Shown: positions 7,188-16,537 of the stretch, one piece after another
Layout of the letters: each line of letters starts with the position of its first letter
Numbering within the stretch: the stretch's first letter is position 1
DNA from: Minisyncoccia bacterium
Lineage (GTDB): Bacteria; Patescibacteriota; Minisyncoccia; Phycocordibacterales; CAIZLB01
Assembly (NCBI GenBank): GCA_041752275.1
Contig: JBGSHK010000019.1
Location: forward strand, 1-34,631
Direction of reading: 5' to 3'
Length of the DNA: 34,631 nt
Notes under the pieces: generated by a model
What the model was told of the DNA's origin: nothing
The model's input: the letters and a program-made list of their open reading frames with translations, nothing else
Databases searched by the model: none
Made by a program: the position numbers and the translations under genes

Positions 7188-8387
7188 ATGGCAACAGCAG
7201 CATTTGATAGATCAAAAACACACGTGAACGTTGGAACAATCGGACACGTTGATCACGGTAAAACAACATTAACAGCAGCTATCTTAAACACACTTTCAAA
7301 AAAAGGTAATGGTTATGATGCAAAGGTTCTTGATATCGCTCATATCGATAAAGCTCCAGAAGAGAAAGCTAGAGGTATTACTATCTCTCTTGCTCACTGT
7401 GAATACGAAACTCCAAACAGACACTACGCTCACGTAGACGCCCCAGGTCACGCCGACTATATCAAAAACATGATTACAGGTGCAGCTCAAATGGACGGTG
7501 CCGTGCTAGTTGTTGCTGCTACTGATGGACCTATGCCACAAACTCGTGAGCACGTTCTATTGGCAAAACAGATTGGTGTACCAAATATCCTTGTTTTTAT
7601 GAACAAATGTGACATGGTTGATGATGCAGACATGTTAGACTTAGTTGAAGAAGAGATCAGAGAACTACTAACAAAGAACGGATTTGACGGAGTAAACGCT
7701 CCTGTTATAAGAGGATCAGCTTTGAAAGCTTTAAACTCAACAGATGTAAACGATGAATGGTCACAAAAGATCATAGATCTTGCAGATGCTATTGACTCAT
7801 TTATCCCAACTCCAGTTCGTGAGACTGATAAACCATTCCTTATGCCTATAGAAGACGTGTTCTCTATCGAGGGACGTGGAACTGTTGTTACAGGACGTAT
7901 CGAGAAAGGTATTATCAAAGTAGGTGAAGAGATCGAGATCGTTGGTCTTAAAGATACTGTTAAGACAGTTGTTACTGGAGTAGAAATGTTCAACAAACAA
8001 CTATCAGAAGGTATGGCTGGAGACAACGCTGGTCTACTACTAAGATCTGTTAAAAAAGAAGATCTATCAAGAGGTCAAGTTCTTGCAAAACCAGGTTCAG
8101 TAACACCTCATACAGAGTTTGAAGCTGAAGTTTATATCTTGAAGAAAGAAGAAGGAGGAAGACATACACCATTTTTCTCAGGTTACAAACCACAGTTTTA
8201 TGTTAGAACTACTGACGTTACAGGAGAGGTAACATTAGAAGAAGGTAAAATGGTTATGCCTGGAGATACAGTTACTTTCAAAGTTAAGCTTGTAGCCCCA
8301 ATCGCCCTAGAAGATAAACAAAGACTTGCTATCCGTGAAGGAGGTAAAACTGTTGGAGCTGGAGTTGTTACAAAGATTGTAAAATAG
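7188..8387 (+). CDS. tuf: Elongation factor Tu
   Basis: [57 protein letters not shown]. Confidence 0.99.
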   Translation: MATAAFDRSKTHVNVGTIGHVDHGKTTLTAAILNTLSKKGNGYDAKVLDIAHIDKAPEEKARGITISLAHCEYETPNRHYAHVDAPGHADYIKNMITGAAQMDGAVLVVAATDGPMPQTREHVLLAKQIGVPNILVFMNKCDMVDDADMLDLVEEEIRELLTKNGFDGVNAPVIRGSALKALNSTDVNDEWSQKIIDLADAIDSFIPTPVRETDKPFLMPIEDVFSIEGRGTVVTGRIEKGIIKVGEEIEIVGLKDTVKTVVTGVEMFNKQLSEGMAGDNAGLLLRSVKKEDLSRGQVLAKPGSVTPHTEFEAEVYILKKEEGGRHTPFFSGYKPQFYVRTTDVTGEVTLEEGKMVMPGDTVTFKVKLVAPIALEDKQRLAIREGGKTVGAGVVTKIVK

Positions 8388-8439
8388 TCTCAAATAGTCA
8401 GAAAAATATATATTATTCTAAAATAGAATACATATAATT

Positions 8440-8478
8440 AAAAAATGCAAATATCTATAAAAAGGTATTGCATTTTTT
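8440..8478 (+). terminator. Inverted repeat/terminator after tuf, overlapping the rpsJ -35
   Basis: AAAAAATGCAA (8440-8450) / TTGCATTTTTT (8468-8478), with inner ATATC/GGTAT. Confidence 0.55.
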
Positions 8479-8496
8479 GTTAAAATGGTGTAATAT
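8468..8496 (+). promoter_or_regulatory. Promoter of the S10 operon
   Basis: TTGCAT-17 nt-TAATAT, 8 nt before the rpsJ ATG. Confidence 0.55.
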
Positions 8497-8504
8497 TCAA
8501 ACCC

Positions 8505-8846
8505 ATGTCAACAACAAAAAAAATTAACAAAACAGAGGTAACTTCAAAGCTACGTATCAGGGTGAGAGCCAATGATTCACGTTTGCTAGATAATTCTGTT
8601 AAGCAAATCATAGAGACTGCACTGAAACACGATGCTGTTATAAACGGTCCAGTTCCTTTACCTACAGAGATAAAGAAATATACTGTAAACAGATCAGCTT
8701 TTATATATAAAGACTCAAGAGAGCAGTTCGAGTCACGCACACATAGAAGACTTATAGATATTATAAATCCAAATGCTAAAGTGATCGAAGCTCTTACAAA
8801 TATGACTTTGCCTACAGGGGTAAACGTTGATGTTAAGATGATGTAA
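8505..8846 (+). CDS. rpsJ: 30S ribosomal protein uS10
   Basis: KLRIRV...GPVPLPT...KDSREQFESRTHRRLIDI. Confidence 0.97.
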   Translation: MSTTKKINKTEVTSKLRIRVRANDSRLLDNSVKQIIETALKHDAVINGPVPLPTEIKKYTVNRSAFIYKDSREQFESRTHRRLIDIINPNAKVIEALTNMTLPTGVNVDVKMM

Positions 8847-8928
8847 TAGGATTAATTATTTAAACAATACAGTAAACAAAAAAATATCAGGCTTAAGCTG
8901 CCTGCTCTATTTAAAGAAAATAAAACAT

Positions 8929-9537
8929 ATGAAATACTCAATAGCTATAAAACAAAACATGACACAACTATTCGATGAGAACGGTAAGGTTTATCCTGCC
9001 ACCGTTCTTTCTTATGGTGATTTAAAAGTTACTCAAAGTAAAAGTGTTGAAAAAGATGGATATGAAGCAATACAATTTGGTTTTGGTTCAAAATCAAAAA
9101 ATCAACTATCAAAAGCAGTTCTTACTCACTCTGGTGTAAACGAAGAGAAAAAAGGTTTTGCAATGTTGAAAGAAGTTAAAGGTATATCAGCTGCAAAAGG
9201 CGATATACTTTCTTTTGATTTTGTATCAGGAGATTTGATTGAAGCAACAGGTATTACAAAATCTAAAGGTTTTCAAGGTGTTGTGAAAAGATACAACTTT
9301 AAAGGAGGTCCTAGATCACACGGTCAAAAACACTCAGAGAGAGAAAGAGGTTCATCAGGTGCTGGTGGATATCAAAGAGTTTTCAAAGGAACACGTATGG
9401 CGGGACGTATGGGTGGAGATCGTATGACATTTAAAAACCTTACAGTTATTTCAGTTGATACTGAAAATAAACTAGTTTACATAAAAGGGGCAATACCAGG
9501 TCGTCGAGGTACTGTTATAGAAATAAAACAAAAATAA
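8929..9537 (+). CDS. rplC: 50S ribosomal protein uL3
   Basis: DGYEAIQFG, TKSKGFQGVVKRYNFKGGPRSHG, MAGRMG, KGAIPG. Confidence 0.97.
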   Translation: MKYSIAIKQNMTQLFDENGKVYPATVLSYGDLKVTQSKSVEKDGYEAIQFGFGSKSKNQLSKAVLTHSGVNEEKKGFAMLKEVKGISAAKGDILSFDFVSGDLIEATGITKSKGFQGVVKRYNFKGGPRSHGQKHSERERGSSGAGGYQRVFKGTRMAGRMGGDRMTFKNLTVISVDTENKLVYIKGAIPGRRGTVIEIKQK

Positions 9538-9564
9538 TCGATAATACTCATTAAAGATAAATAT

Positions 9565-10281
9565 ATGACAACAACTACAACAAAAAATAAAAAAGCAATA
9601 GTATCTCTAGACGCTGAAGTGTATTCAAAAGATGGTAAAAAAGTATCTGATTTTACACTACCAGAAGAAGTTTTTGGTTTAAACTGGAATGCTGACTTAG
9701 TACATCAAGTTATAACATCACTTCAAACAGCTGCTCGTTTTCCATTTGCTCATGCTAAAACAAGAGGTGAAGTATCTGGAGGAGGTAAAAAACCTTGGAG
9801 ACAAAAAGGAACAGGTCGTGCACGTCACGGATCTACAAGATCACCTATATGGGTAGGTGGAGGTGTTGCACACGGTCCAAATAAAGAAAAAAACTTTGAT
9901 AGAAAAGTTAACAAGAAAACTAAAAACACAGCTATTAAAACAATTATATCTCAAAAACATAGAGATGGAGAAGTTCTTTTGGTAGATGCTTTAGCTTTTA
10001 CAGCTCCAAAAACAACAGAGATGAAAAAGGTTTTAACAAATCTTTCAAAGATAAATGCTTCAATGGCAAAATTTGCAACTAAAAAGCATAACACTGCTTT
10101 GTTTATAACAAATGCTCAAGATAAAAATCTTTACTTATCTCTTAGAAACTTTGGAAATATAGAAACTCAATCAGTTGCTGATGTTAACCCAATAATATTA
10201 TCAAAATATAAATATCTTGTATTTATTGAGCCTACAGCATCTATATCTACATTGAAAGATAGATTGAATAACAATAAATAA
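9565..10281 (+). CDS. rplD: 50S ribosomal protein uL4
   Basis: KTRGEVSGGGKKPWRQKGTGRARHGSTRSPIWVGGGVAHGP. Confidence 0.97.
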   Translation: MTTTTTKNKKAIVSLDAEVYSKDGKKVSDFTLPEEVFGLNWNADLVHQVITSLQTAARFPFAHAKTRGEVSGGGKKPWRQKGTGRARHGSTRSPIWVGGGVAHGPNKEKNFDRKVNKKTKNTAIKTIISQKHRDGEVLLVDALAFTAPKTTEMKKVLTNLSKINASMAKFATKKHNTALFITNAQDKNLYLSLRNFGNIETQSVADVNPIILSKYKYLVFIEPTASISTLKDRLNNNK

Positions 10282-10290
10282 TAAAAACAT

Positions 10291-10587
10291 ATGACAACTG
10301 AAACAAATAAAATTGCAAAAGCAACATATATTAAAAAAGCTAGATCAACAGAAAAGGCGATCATTGCAACAGATAAAAACAAATATGTTTTCGAAGTGGA
10401 TAAAAGAGCCAACAAAGACAATCTTCGTCAAGAGATAACAAAAACATATAAAGTTATTCCTTTAAAAATAAACATCATAAATACACCTGATAAAGTTGTT
10501 ATGAGAAAAGGTAGAGCTGGAACAAAATCTGGTATCAAAAAAGCTATAGTTACATTAAAAAAAGGCGATAAGATAGACGTTATATAA
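10291..10587 (+). CDS. rplW: 50S ribosomal protein uL23
   Basis: TEKA...YVFEVDKRANK...KKAIVTLKKG; operon position. Confidence 0.94.
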   Translation: MTTETNKIAKATYIKKARSTEKAIIATDKNKYVFEVDKRANKDNLRQEITKTYKVIPLKINIINTPDKVVMRKGRAGTKSGIKKAIVTLKKGDKIDVI

Positions 10588-10626
10588 TATAAATATTTAA
10601 GATAATAAATTTTAATAAATAAAAAC

Positions 10627-11466
10627 ATGAAAAGATATAAACCAACAACACCTTCAAGAAGACATATGGTCATAGTAGAGTACAAAAAAGTACTTACTAC
10701 AAATGAACCACACAAAGCCTTAACTAAAGGTGTAAAAAGATCTGTAGGTAGAAATAACACAGGTCGTATAACAACAAGACATAAAGGTTCTGGTAACAAA
10801 AGGTTATATAGAGATATTGATTTTAAATATGAGAAAAAAAATATCCCCGCAAAAATAGTTTCTGTGGAATATGATCCAAACAGAACAGCTTTTATTTCTC
10901 TTGCACAATATGCTGACGGTGCAAAAACATATATTGTTACTCCAAAAGGTATAAAAGTAGGTGATTCATTTGTTGTTTCTGAAAAAGCTGAGGTAAAAAT
11001 AGCAAACAGAATGATATTGAGAAATATTCCCGTGGGAACTCTTATATATAACGTAGAACTTAAACCAGAAGCAGGAGGAAGAATAGCTCGTTCAGCAGGT
11101 AACTATGCTGAGATAGTTGCTCATGATGCTGGATATGCACTTATAAAGATGCCTTCAACTGAGGTACGTCGTATCATAGATACAGCTTGGGCATCTGTTG
11201 GTGAAGTGTCAAACGATGAGCATCACCTACAAAATGGAGGTAAAGCAGGTCGTAGTAGATGGTTAGGTATAAGACCTACAGTTCGTGGTACCGCCATGAA
11301 CCCGGTAGATCACCCACACGGAGGTGGAGAAGGTAGACAAGGACGTGGTCGTCGTCGTGCTATGTCTATATACGGTAAACCTACAGGAAAAGGACAAAAG
11401 TCTAGAACTCCTAAGAAATATTCAAACAAGTTTATCGTATCTCGCCGTAAGGTAGGTAAAAGATAG
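10627..11466 (+). CDS. rplB: 50S ribosomal protein uL2
   Basis: GRNNTGRITTRHKGSG, EYDPNRTA, RPTVRGTAMNPVDHPHGGGEG. Confidence 0.99.
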   Translation: MKRYKPTTPSRRHMVIVEYKKVLTTNEPHKALTKGVKRSVGRNNTGRITTRHKGSGNKRLYRDIDFKYEKKNIPAKIVSVEYDPNRTAFISLAQYADGAKTYIVTPKGIKVGDSFVVSEKAEVKIANRMILRNIPVGTLIYNVELKPEAGGRIARSAGNYAEIVAHDAGYALIKMPSTEVRRIIDTAWASVGEVSNDEHHLQNGGKAGRSRWLGIRPTVRGTAMNPVDHPHGGGEGRQGRGRRRAMSIYGKPTGKGQKSRTPKKYSNKFIVSRRKVGKR

Positions 11467-11532
11467 ACAGAAAATAATCAAAACCATTACAAACATTGAC
11501 TAATTACTAATTATTTGTTAAATTTATAACCC

Positions 11533-11877
11533 ATGACACGTTCAATATCAAAAGGCCCATATATAGAAGAAAGGCTACTTAAAAAAATAGCCGGCAAAAC
11601 TCCAGAGCAAGTGGGGGTTGTTAAAACATGGTATAGAGATTGTGTTATTTCACCTGAGATGGTAGGGTACACTTTTGGAGTACATAACGGAAAAGTTCAC
11701 GTAGAAGTATCTGCTACAGAAGATATGGTAGGCCACAGACTTGGAGAGTTTTCACCAACACGTAAGTTTACTAGACATGGAGGTAAGATGCAAAAAGAGC
11801 AAGATGCTGCTAAAAAACAAGCTGAAATCACTGCTGCAAAAGCTGCTAAAGCCGCTCCAGCTGCTAAGAAAAAATAA
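11533..11877 (+). CDS. rpsS: 30S ribosomal protein uS19 with an Ala/Lys-rich C-terminal tail
   Basis: MTRSISKGPY, MVGHRLGEFSPTRKF. Confidence 0.97.
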   Translation: MTRSISKGPYIEERLLKKIAGKTPEQVGVVKTWYRDCVISPEMVGYTFGVHNGKVHVEVSATEDMVGHRLGEFSPTRKFTRHGGKMQKEQDAAKKQAEITAAKAAKAAPAAKKK

Positions 11878-11901
11878 TTAATTTAATATAAATATAACAA
11901 C

Positions 11902-12267
11902 ATGAAAGCCATATTAAAAAATTATAGACAATCACCAAGAAAAGTAAGACTAGTTACTGATCTTATTAAAGGTAAAAAAGTTGCAAACGCACTTGATACT
12001 TTAAACTTCACAACAAAAAGAGCTGTTCCTGTTGTAAAAAAACTTCTAGAGTCTGCTATAGCTAACGCTGTTCATGCAGGTTTAGTTGCTGATACTTTAA
12101 AGATAAAAAACATCACAGTTGATGAAGGTATTGTTTTGAAACGTATGATGCCTAGAGCTCGTGGTGTTGGTGCTCGTATCAACAAAAGAACTTCACATAT
12201 TCATGTAACATTGAGTATTGTAGACGAAGAAAAAAACAATAAAAAATCAAAAAAAATAAGTAAATAA
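11902..12267 (+). CDS. rplV: 50S ribosomal protein uL22
   Basis: [25 protein letters not shown]...KRTSHIHV. Confidence 0.97.
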   Translation: MKAILKNYRQSPRKVRLVTDLIKGKKVANALDTLNFTTKRAVPVVKKLLESAIANAVHAGLVADTLKIKNITVDEGIVLKRMMPRARGVGARINKRTSHIHVTLSIVDEEKNNKKSKKISK

Positions 12268-12273
12268 TAACAT

Positions 12274-12936
12274 ATGACAAAAATAGTTCACCCATACGCG
12301 CATAGATTAGGAATAATAAAGGATTGGAAGTCCCGTTGGTTTTCTGTTAATGCTGATTTTAGATTGAACCTAAAAGGTGATATGATGATGCGTGACTGGC
12401 TTACAAAAAATCTTAAAAATCAATACATCGGTCTAGTTGAGATTGAAAGAAACTCAAAAGCTATAAAAGTTCTTATAAACACTTCAAGACCTGGTGTTGT
12501 TATAGGTAAAAGTGGTGAAGGTGTTATAAAGATTAAAAACGCCCTAGAAAAAATACTTTTAAAGATAGGAGAAAAAAACCCAAATCTACAAATAGAAGTT
12601 GTCGAAATAAAAAACCCAGAAGGGAATGCATCTATAGTTTCTCAAATGATTGCTGAAGGTATAGAAAAACGTCTTCCTTATAGAAGAGTTCTTAAGCAAA
12701 CTGTAGAGAAAGTGATGGCTGTTAAAGACATCAAAGGTATAAGAATATATCTTGGTGGACGCCTTGCTGGTGCCGACATGGCTAGAAGTGAAGAGATAAA
12801 AAGAGGTCGTATACCACTTCAAACAATAAGAGCTGATATAGACTATGCTCGTCATAAAGCACACATGCCTTATGGTGACTTAGGTATAAAAGTTTGGATT
12901 TATAAAGGCGATATTTTTAATAAAGCACAAAAATAA
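12274..12936 (+). CDS. rpsC: 30S ribosomal protein uS3
   Basis: VHPYAHRLGI, SRPGVVIGKSG, GRLAGADMARSE, PLQTIRADIDY, GIKVWIYKG. Confidence 0.98.
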   Translation: MTKIVHPYAHRLGIIKDWKSRWFSVNADFRLNLKGDMMMRDWLTKNLKNQYIGLVEIERNSKAIKVLINTSRPGVVIGKSGEGVIKIKNALEKILLKIGEKNPNLQIEVVEIKNPEGNASIVSQMIAEGIEKRLPYRRVLKQTVEKVMAVKDIKGIRIYLGGRLAGADMARSEEIKRGRIPLQTIRADIDYARHKAHMPYGDLGIKVWIYKGDIFNKAQK

Positions 12937-12953
12937 TAAATAAATAGAAATAT

Positions 12954-13376
12954 ATGTTGTTCCCAAAAAAAGTAAAACATCGAAAATGGCAAGTTACTCG
13001 ACGCAATGCTAAGGTACTTGTTAAAAAAACAGAAACTAGAGGTATCACACTTTCAAATGGTACTTATGGTATTGTTGCTACAACACAAGCACGTATCACT
13101 TCAAACCAGATCGAGTCTGCAAGAAAAGTTATCTCAAGAACTCTTGGTAAAACAGGAAGAATCTGGTGTAGAATTTTCCCTGATAGACCTTTTACTAAAA
13201 AAGCCGCTGAAGTACCCATGGGTTCTGGAAAAGGAGAGCCTGAAGGTTTTTGTTTTGAAACATATGCTGGACGTGTTTTGTTTGAGATAGATGCACCAAC
13301 AGAAGCTATAGCAAAAGAAGCCTTCAGAAAAGCAAATTCAAAATTACCTGTTAAAACTAGAATTATAACAAGATAA
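12954..13376 (+). CDS. rplP: 50S ribosomal protein uL16
   Basis: PKKVKHRK, QIESARK, IFPDRPFTKKAAEVPMGSGKG, KLPVKT. Confidence 0.97.
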   Translation: MLFPKKVKHRKWQVTRRNAKVLVKKTETRGITLSNGTYGIVATTQARITSNQIESARKVISRTLGKTGRIWCRIFPDRPFTKKAAEVPMGSGKGEPEGFCFETYAGRVLFEIDAPTEAIAKEAFRKANSKLPVKTRIITR

Positions 13377-13408
13377 ATTTTAACGAATTTTAAAATAATA
13401 AAAAATAT

Positions 13409-13672
13409 ATGACAAAAGAATCAAATAGCGATACAACAATAAAAAGTAAAAAAAGAGTATTAACTGGAGTAGTAACATCAGACAAAATGACTGATACTAT
13501 AACTGTTAAAGTTGATAGATATGTAAAGCTACCAAAGTATAATAAATACGTAACTATTTCTAAAAAGTTTAAAGCACATGATGCTGGAAACACAAAAAAA
13601 ATAGGTGATAAAGTATCTATTATAGAGTCAGCACCAATATCAAAAGATAAACACTTCACATTAGTTAAATAA
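13409..13672 (+). CDS. rpsQ: 30S ribosomal protein uS17
   Basis: GVVTSDKMTDTITV, KFKAHD, IIESAPISKDKHF. Confidence 0.96.
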   Translation: MTKESNSDTTIKSKKRVLTGVVTSDKMTDTITVKVDRYVKLPKYNKYVTISKKFKAHDAGNTKKIGDKVSIIESAPISKDKHFTLVK

Positions 13673-13696
13673 TATAAATAATTTAAATATAAATAT

Positions 13697-14068
13697 ATGG
13701 TACAACCAGGATCAATAGTAGCAATAGCAGATAACTCAGGCGGTAAAATAGGCCGAGTTTTCAAAGTACTTGGACATGCTGCAAAAAGATATGCATATTT
13801 AGGAGATACAGTTATATTGTCTATACAAAAAGCTGAACCTAGAAAGCAAACTAAAAAGAAAGATGTTCATAAAGCTGTGGTTGTACGTTCAAGACAAGCT
13901 TTCAGAAGAAAAGACGGATCATACGTTCGTTTTGATGAAAATGCAGTAGTTCTTATTGACAAAACAAAAGGTGAACCATTGGGAGGACGTATCTTTGGTC
14001 CTATACCAAGAGAGATTGCAGAAAGAGGTTATCAAACAATAGCATCTAAAGCCCCAGAAATAGTATAA
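13697..14068 (+). CDS. rplN: 50S ribosomal protein uL14
   Basis: ADNSGGK, RFDENAVV, RIFGPIPRE, IASKAPEIV. Confidence 0.98.
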   Translation: MVQPGSIVAIADNSGGKIGRVFKVLGHAAKRYAYLGDTVILSIQKAEPRKQTKKKDVHKAVVVRSRQAFRRKDGSYVRFDENAVVLIDKTKGEPLGGRIFGPIPREIAERGYQTIASKAPEIV

Positions 14069-14083
14069 ATATAATAAAAACAT

Positions 14084-14299
14084 ATGATAAAAAAAGGACA
14101 AATAGTAAAAATTTTAATAGGAAAAGATAAAAACAAAACAGGAAAAGTTTTGCAAGTTTTTGTTAAGCAAGATAAAGTTCTTGTTGAGGGTATAAACCTT
14201 AAAAAAACACATATAAAACCTAAAAAGTCAGGTGAAAAAGGTTCAGTTGTAGATGTTGCAACACCTATACATATATCAAACGTAGCAGAAGTTAAATAA
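14084..14299 (+). CDS. rplX: 50S ribosomal protein uL24 (short form)
   Basis: KOW motif IKKGQIVKILIGKDKNKTGKV, VLVEGIN, PIHISNV. Confidence 0.94.
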   Translation: MIKKGQIVKILIGKDKNKTGKVLQVFVKQDKVLVEGINLKKTHIKPKKSGEKGSVVDVATPIHISNVAEVK

Positions 14300-14317
14300 T
14301 ATAATAATATAAAATAT

Positions 14318-14857
14318 ATGGCTCATAAAACAATAAAAGAAAAAGTAAAAACAACATTTGACACTTTAAAGGGTGATTTCAAATATAAAAATAAACTACA
14401 AGCTCCACAGATTAAAAGAGTGGTTGTTACTACAACTATTGGCTCTATAAAAGATCCAAAGAAAAAAGAGTTGATGCTCGATAGAATGACAAAGATTACA
14501 GGACAAAAGCCTGTAACTACACTTGCAAAGAAATCAGTTGCTGGTTTTAAACTACGTGCAGGTGATTCATCAGGTTATAAGGTAACTCTAAGAGGTGAAA
14601 AAATGTGGGATTTTCTAGAGAAAGTTGTAACTATAGCCCTTCCTCGTACAAAAGACTTTAGAGGTATATCAGCTACAGGTATAGATACTATGGGAAATTT
14701 TTCTTTCGGTATAAAAGAGCATACTGTATTTCCAGAAACTACAGATGAAAACATACAAGATGTGTTTAGTTTCGGTGCTACTGTTGTAACAACAAGTAAG
14801 ACAAAAGAAGAAACAAAAGCTTTATTAGATATGATAGGTTTCTTATTTAAAAAATAA
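14318..14857 (+). CDS. rplE: 50S ribosomal protein uL5
   Basis: ITGQKPVTTLAKKSVAGFKLR, KVTLRG, LPRTKDFRGI, GNFSFGIKEH. Confidence 0.98.
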   Translation: MAHKTIKEKVKTTFDTLKGDFKYKNKLQAPQIKRVVVTTTIGSIKDPKKKELMLDRMTKITGQKPVTTLAKKSVAGFKLRAGDSSGYKVTLRGEKMWDFLEKVVTIALPRTKDFRGISATGIDTMGNFSFGIKEHTVFPETTDENIQDVFSFGATVVTTSKTKEETKALLDMIGFLFKK

Positions 14858-14890
14858 TTTTAATATAATACATAAAAGAAAAATAATAAT

Positions 14891-15076
14891 ATGGCAAAAA
14901 AAGCAATAATACAAAGATCACTAAAAACACCAAAGTTTAAAAGTAGAGTAGTTAGACGATGTTTTATGTGTGGAAGAAAAAGAGGTTATATGAGAGATTT
15001 TGATATGTGTCGTATATGTTTCCGTGAAGCTGCAAATGAAGGACTTATCCCAGGTATTAAAAAATCATCATGGTAA
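14891..15076 (+). CDS. rpsN: 30S ribosomal protein uS14, zinc-binding (type Z)
   Basis: RCFMCGR...MCRICFRE...PGIKKSSW; 61 aa. Confidence 0.97.
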   Translation: MAKKAIIQRSLKTPKFKSRVVRRCFMCGRKRGYMRDFDMCRICFREAANEGLIPGIKKSSW

Positions 15077-15110
15077 AAGGTAAATAATAATAAGTAAATA
15101 ATATAAAAAT

Positions 15111-15503
15111 ATGAATCACGGAATATCACAAATAATAAATAATCTAAAGACTGCAAACATAGCAGGTAAAGAAAAAACAACTTTTGGTTTTTCAAAATTT
15201 AGAAAATCAATATTAGACAAATTGTCTGATCTTGGATTTATTTCAAATGTTAAAGTTACAGGAGTGGCACCAATACAATATATAGAAGTATCACTTGTTT
15301 ATGAAACAGATGGTCGTCCAAAGATTGCTGGAGTACAGCAACTTTCAAAGTATTCAAGAAGAGTTTATGGATCATATAGAGAAGCTCATCAAGTTAAAAA
15401 TGGATATGGTGCACTTCTTGTATCAACACCAAAAGGTGTTCTTACTGATAGAGAGGTAAGAGCTCAAAAGATAGGTGGAGAGTTTTTATTCAAAATCTGG
15501 TAA
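15111..15503 (+). CDS. rpsH: 30S ribosomal protein uS8 (divergent N-terminus)
   Basis: SKYSRRVY, GYGALLVSTPKGVLTDREVRAQKIGGEFLFKIW. Confidence 0.95.
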   Translation: MNHGISQIINNLKTANIAGKEKTTFGFSKFRKSILDKLSDLGFISNVKVTGVAPIQYIEVSLVYETDGRPKIAGVQQLSKYSRRVYGSYREAHQVKNGYGALLVSTPKGVLTDREVRAQKIGGEFLFKIW

Positions 15504-15610
15504 TCATATCTAACAAATTTGGGTTTAAAGACACCCTGCGTAAGCTAAAGATCTTCCACTTTATAAGTTATAAACTGCAAAAGTAGTTAAAGCAAAAAAA
15601 ATAAAAATAT

Positions 15611-16144
15611 ATGTCAAGAATAGGAAAACAAATAACAACAATCCCTCAAGGAACAACAGTATCATTTACAGATAGTGTTTTAACCGTAAAAGGCCCAAAA
15701 GGTGAATTAACAAAAAAGTTTCTACCAATCGTAGATGTGGTTATTGAAGGATCAGAAATATCTTTCAAACCAAAACAAAACGATGCTTTCGGAAGATCAT
15801 TGTGGGGAACATACTCATCACATGCTAAAAACATGATTACTGGTGTAAATACTCCATATGTAAAAAAACTTATACTAGAAGGTGTTGGATATAAAGGTGA
15901 AGTGTCAGGTACTACTTTAAAGCTCGCACTTGGATTTTCACATCCAGTAAATGTAGAAATACCAAAAGAAGTTACTGTAACAGTTGAAAAAGGTATATAC
16001 ACATTTACAAGTATAGACAAAGAAGCGGTTGGTTCTTTTTCTGCTAAAATAAGATCACTTAAAAAACCAGAACCATATAAAGGTAAAGGATTTAGATATG
16101 ATGATGAAATTATTAAGAGAAAACAAGGTAAAAAAGCCGCTTAG
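15611..16144 (+). CDS. rplF: 50S ribosomal protein uL6
   Basis: MSRIGKQ, VKGPKGEL, GVGYK, LGFSHP, PEPYKGKGFRY. Confidence 0.98.
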   Translation: MSRIGKQITTIPQGTTVSFTDSVLTVKGPKGELTKKFLPIVDVVIEGSEISFKPKQNDAFGRSLWGTYSSHAKNMITGVNTPYVKKLILEGVGYKGEVSGTTLKLALGFSHPVNVEIPKEVTVTVEKGIYTFTSIDKEAVGSFSAKIRSLKKPEPYKGKGFRYDDEIIKRKQGKKAA

Positions 16145-16172
16145 TTAAATAAATAAAAGTAATAATAAACAT

Positions 16173-16514
16173 ATGAAAAGAATAATTTTATCAAATAGAG
16201 ACAGAATAAAAAATAGAATCAGAGCTAAAGTAAAAGGAACTGATGAGAGACCTAGACTTACAGTTTTCAAGTCTAATAAATTTACTTATGCACAAATAAT
16301 AGATGACAATCAAGGAAAAACTTTGGTTGAAGCAAGTAGTGCTGATATGAAGTCTAAAAAAATGGACGCAGCTGTAGAAGTAGGTAAGCTAATTGCCACA
16401 AAAGCATTGGCTTCCAAAATAACAAAAGTTGTTTTTGACAGAAATGGATATAAATACACTGGTCGAATACTTGCATTAGCTGAAGCTGCCAGAAGTGCAG
16501 GACTAGAATTTTAA
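16173..16514 (+). CDS. rplR: 50S ribosomal protein uL18
   Basis: [39 protein letters not shown]. Confidence 0.97.
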   Translation: MKRIILSNRDRIKNRIRAKVKGTDERPRLTVFKSNKFTYAQIIDDNQGKTLVEASSADMKSKKMDAAVEVGKLIATKALASKITKVVFDRNGYKYTGRILALAEAARSAGLEF

Positions 16515-16537
16515 TTAAATAAAATATATATAAAAAT

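Noticed and set aside
7296-8026. Antisense or alternate-frame ORFs over tuf, and similar ones at 121-306, 565-765, 889-1107, 1459-1659, 2039-2527, 5229-5909, 10167-10799, 12586-13764, 15646-16904, 17962-18186, 20927-22864, 26703-27606, 29528-29871, 32091-32285 and 33285-33590
   Set aside because: Shadow ORFs overlapping well-supported conserved genes; no recognisable motifs.
8888-8904. CAGGC-TTAAGCT-GCCTG hairpin between rpsJ and rplC as an r-protein regulatory leader
   Set aside because: A single 5-bp stem with no comparative support available from this window.
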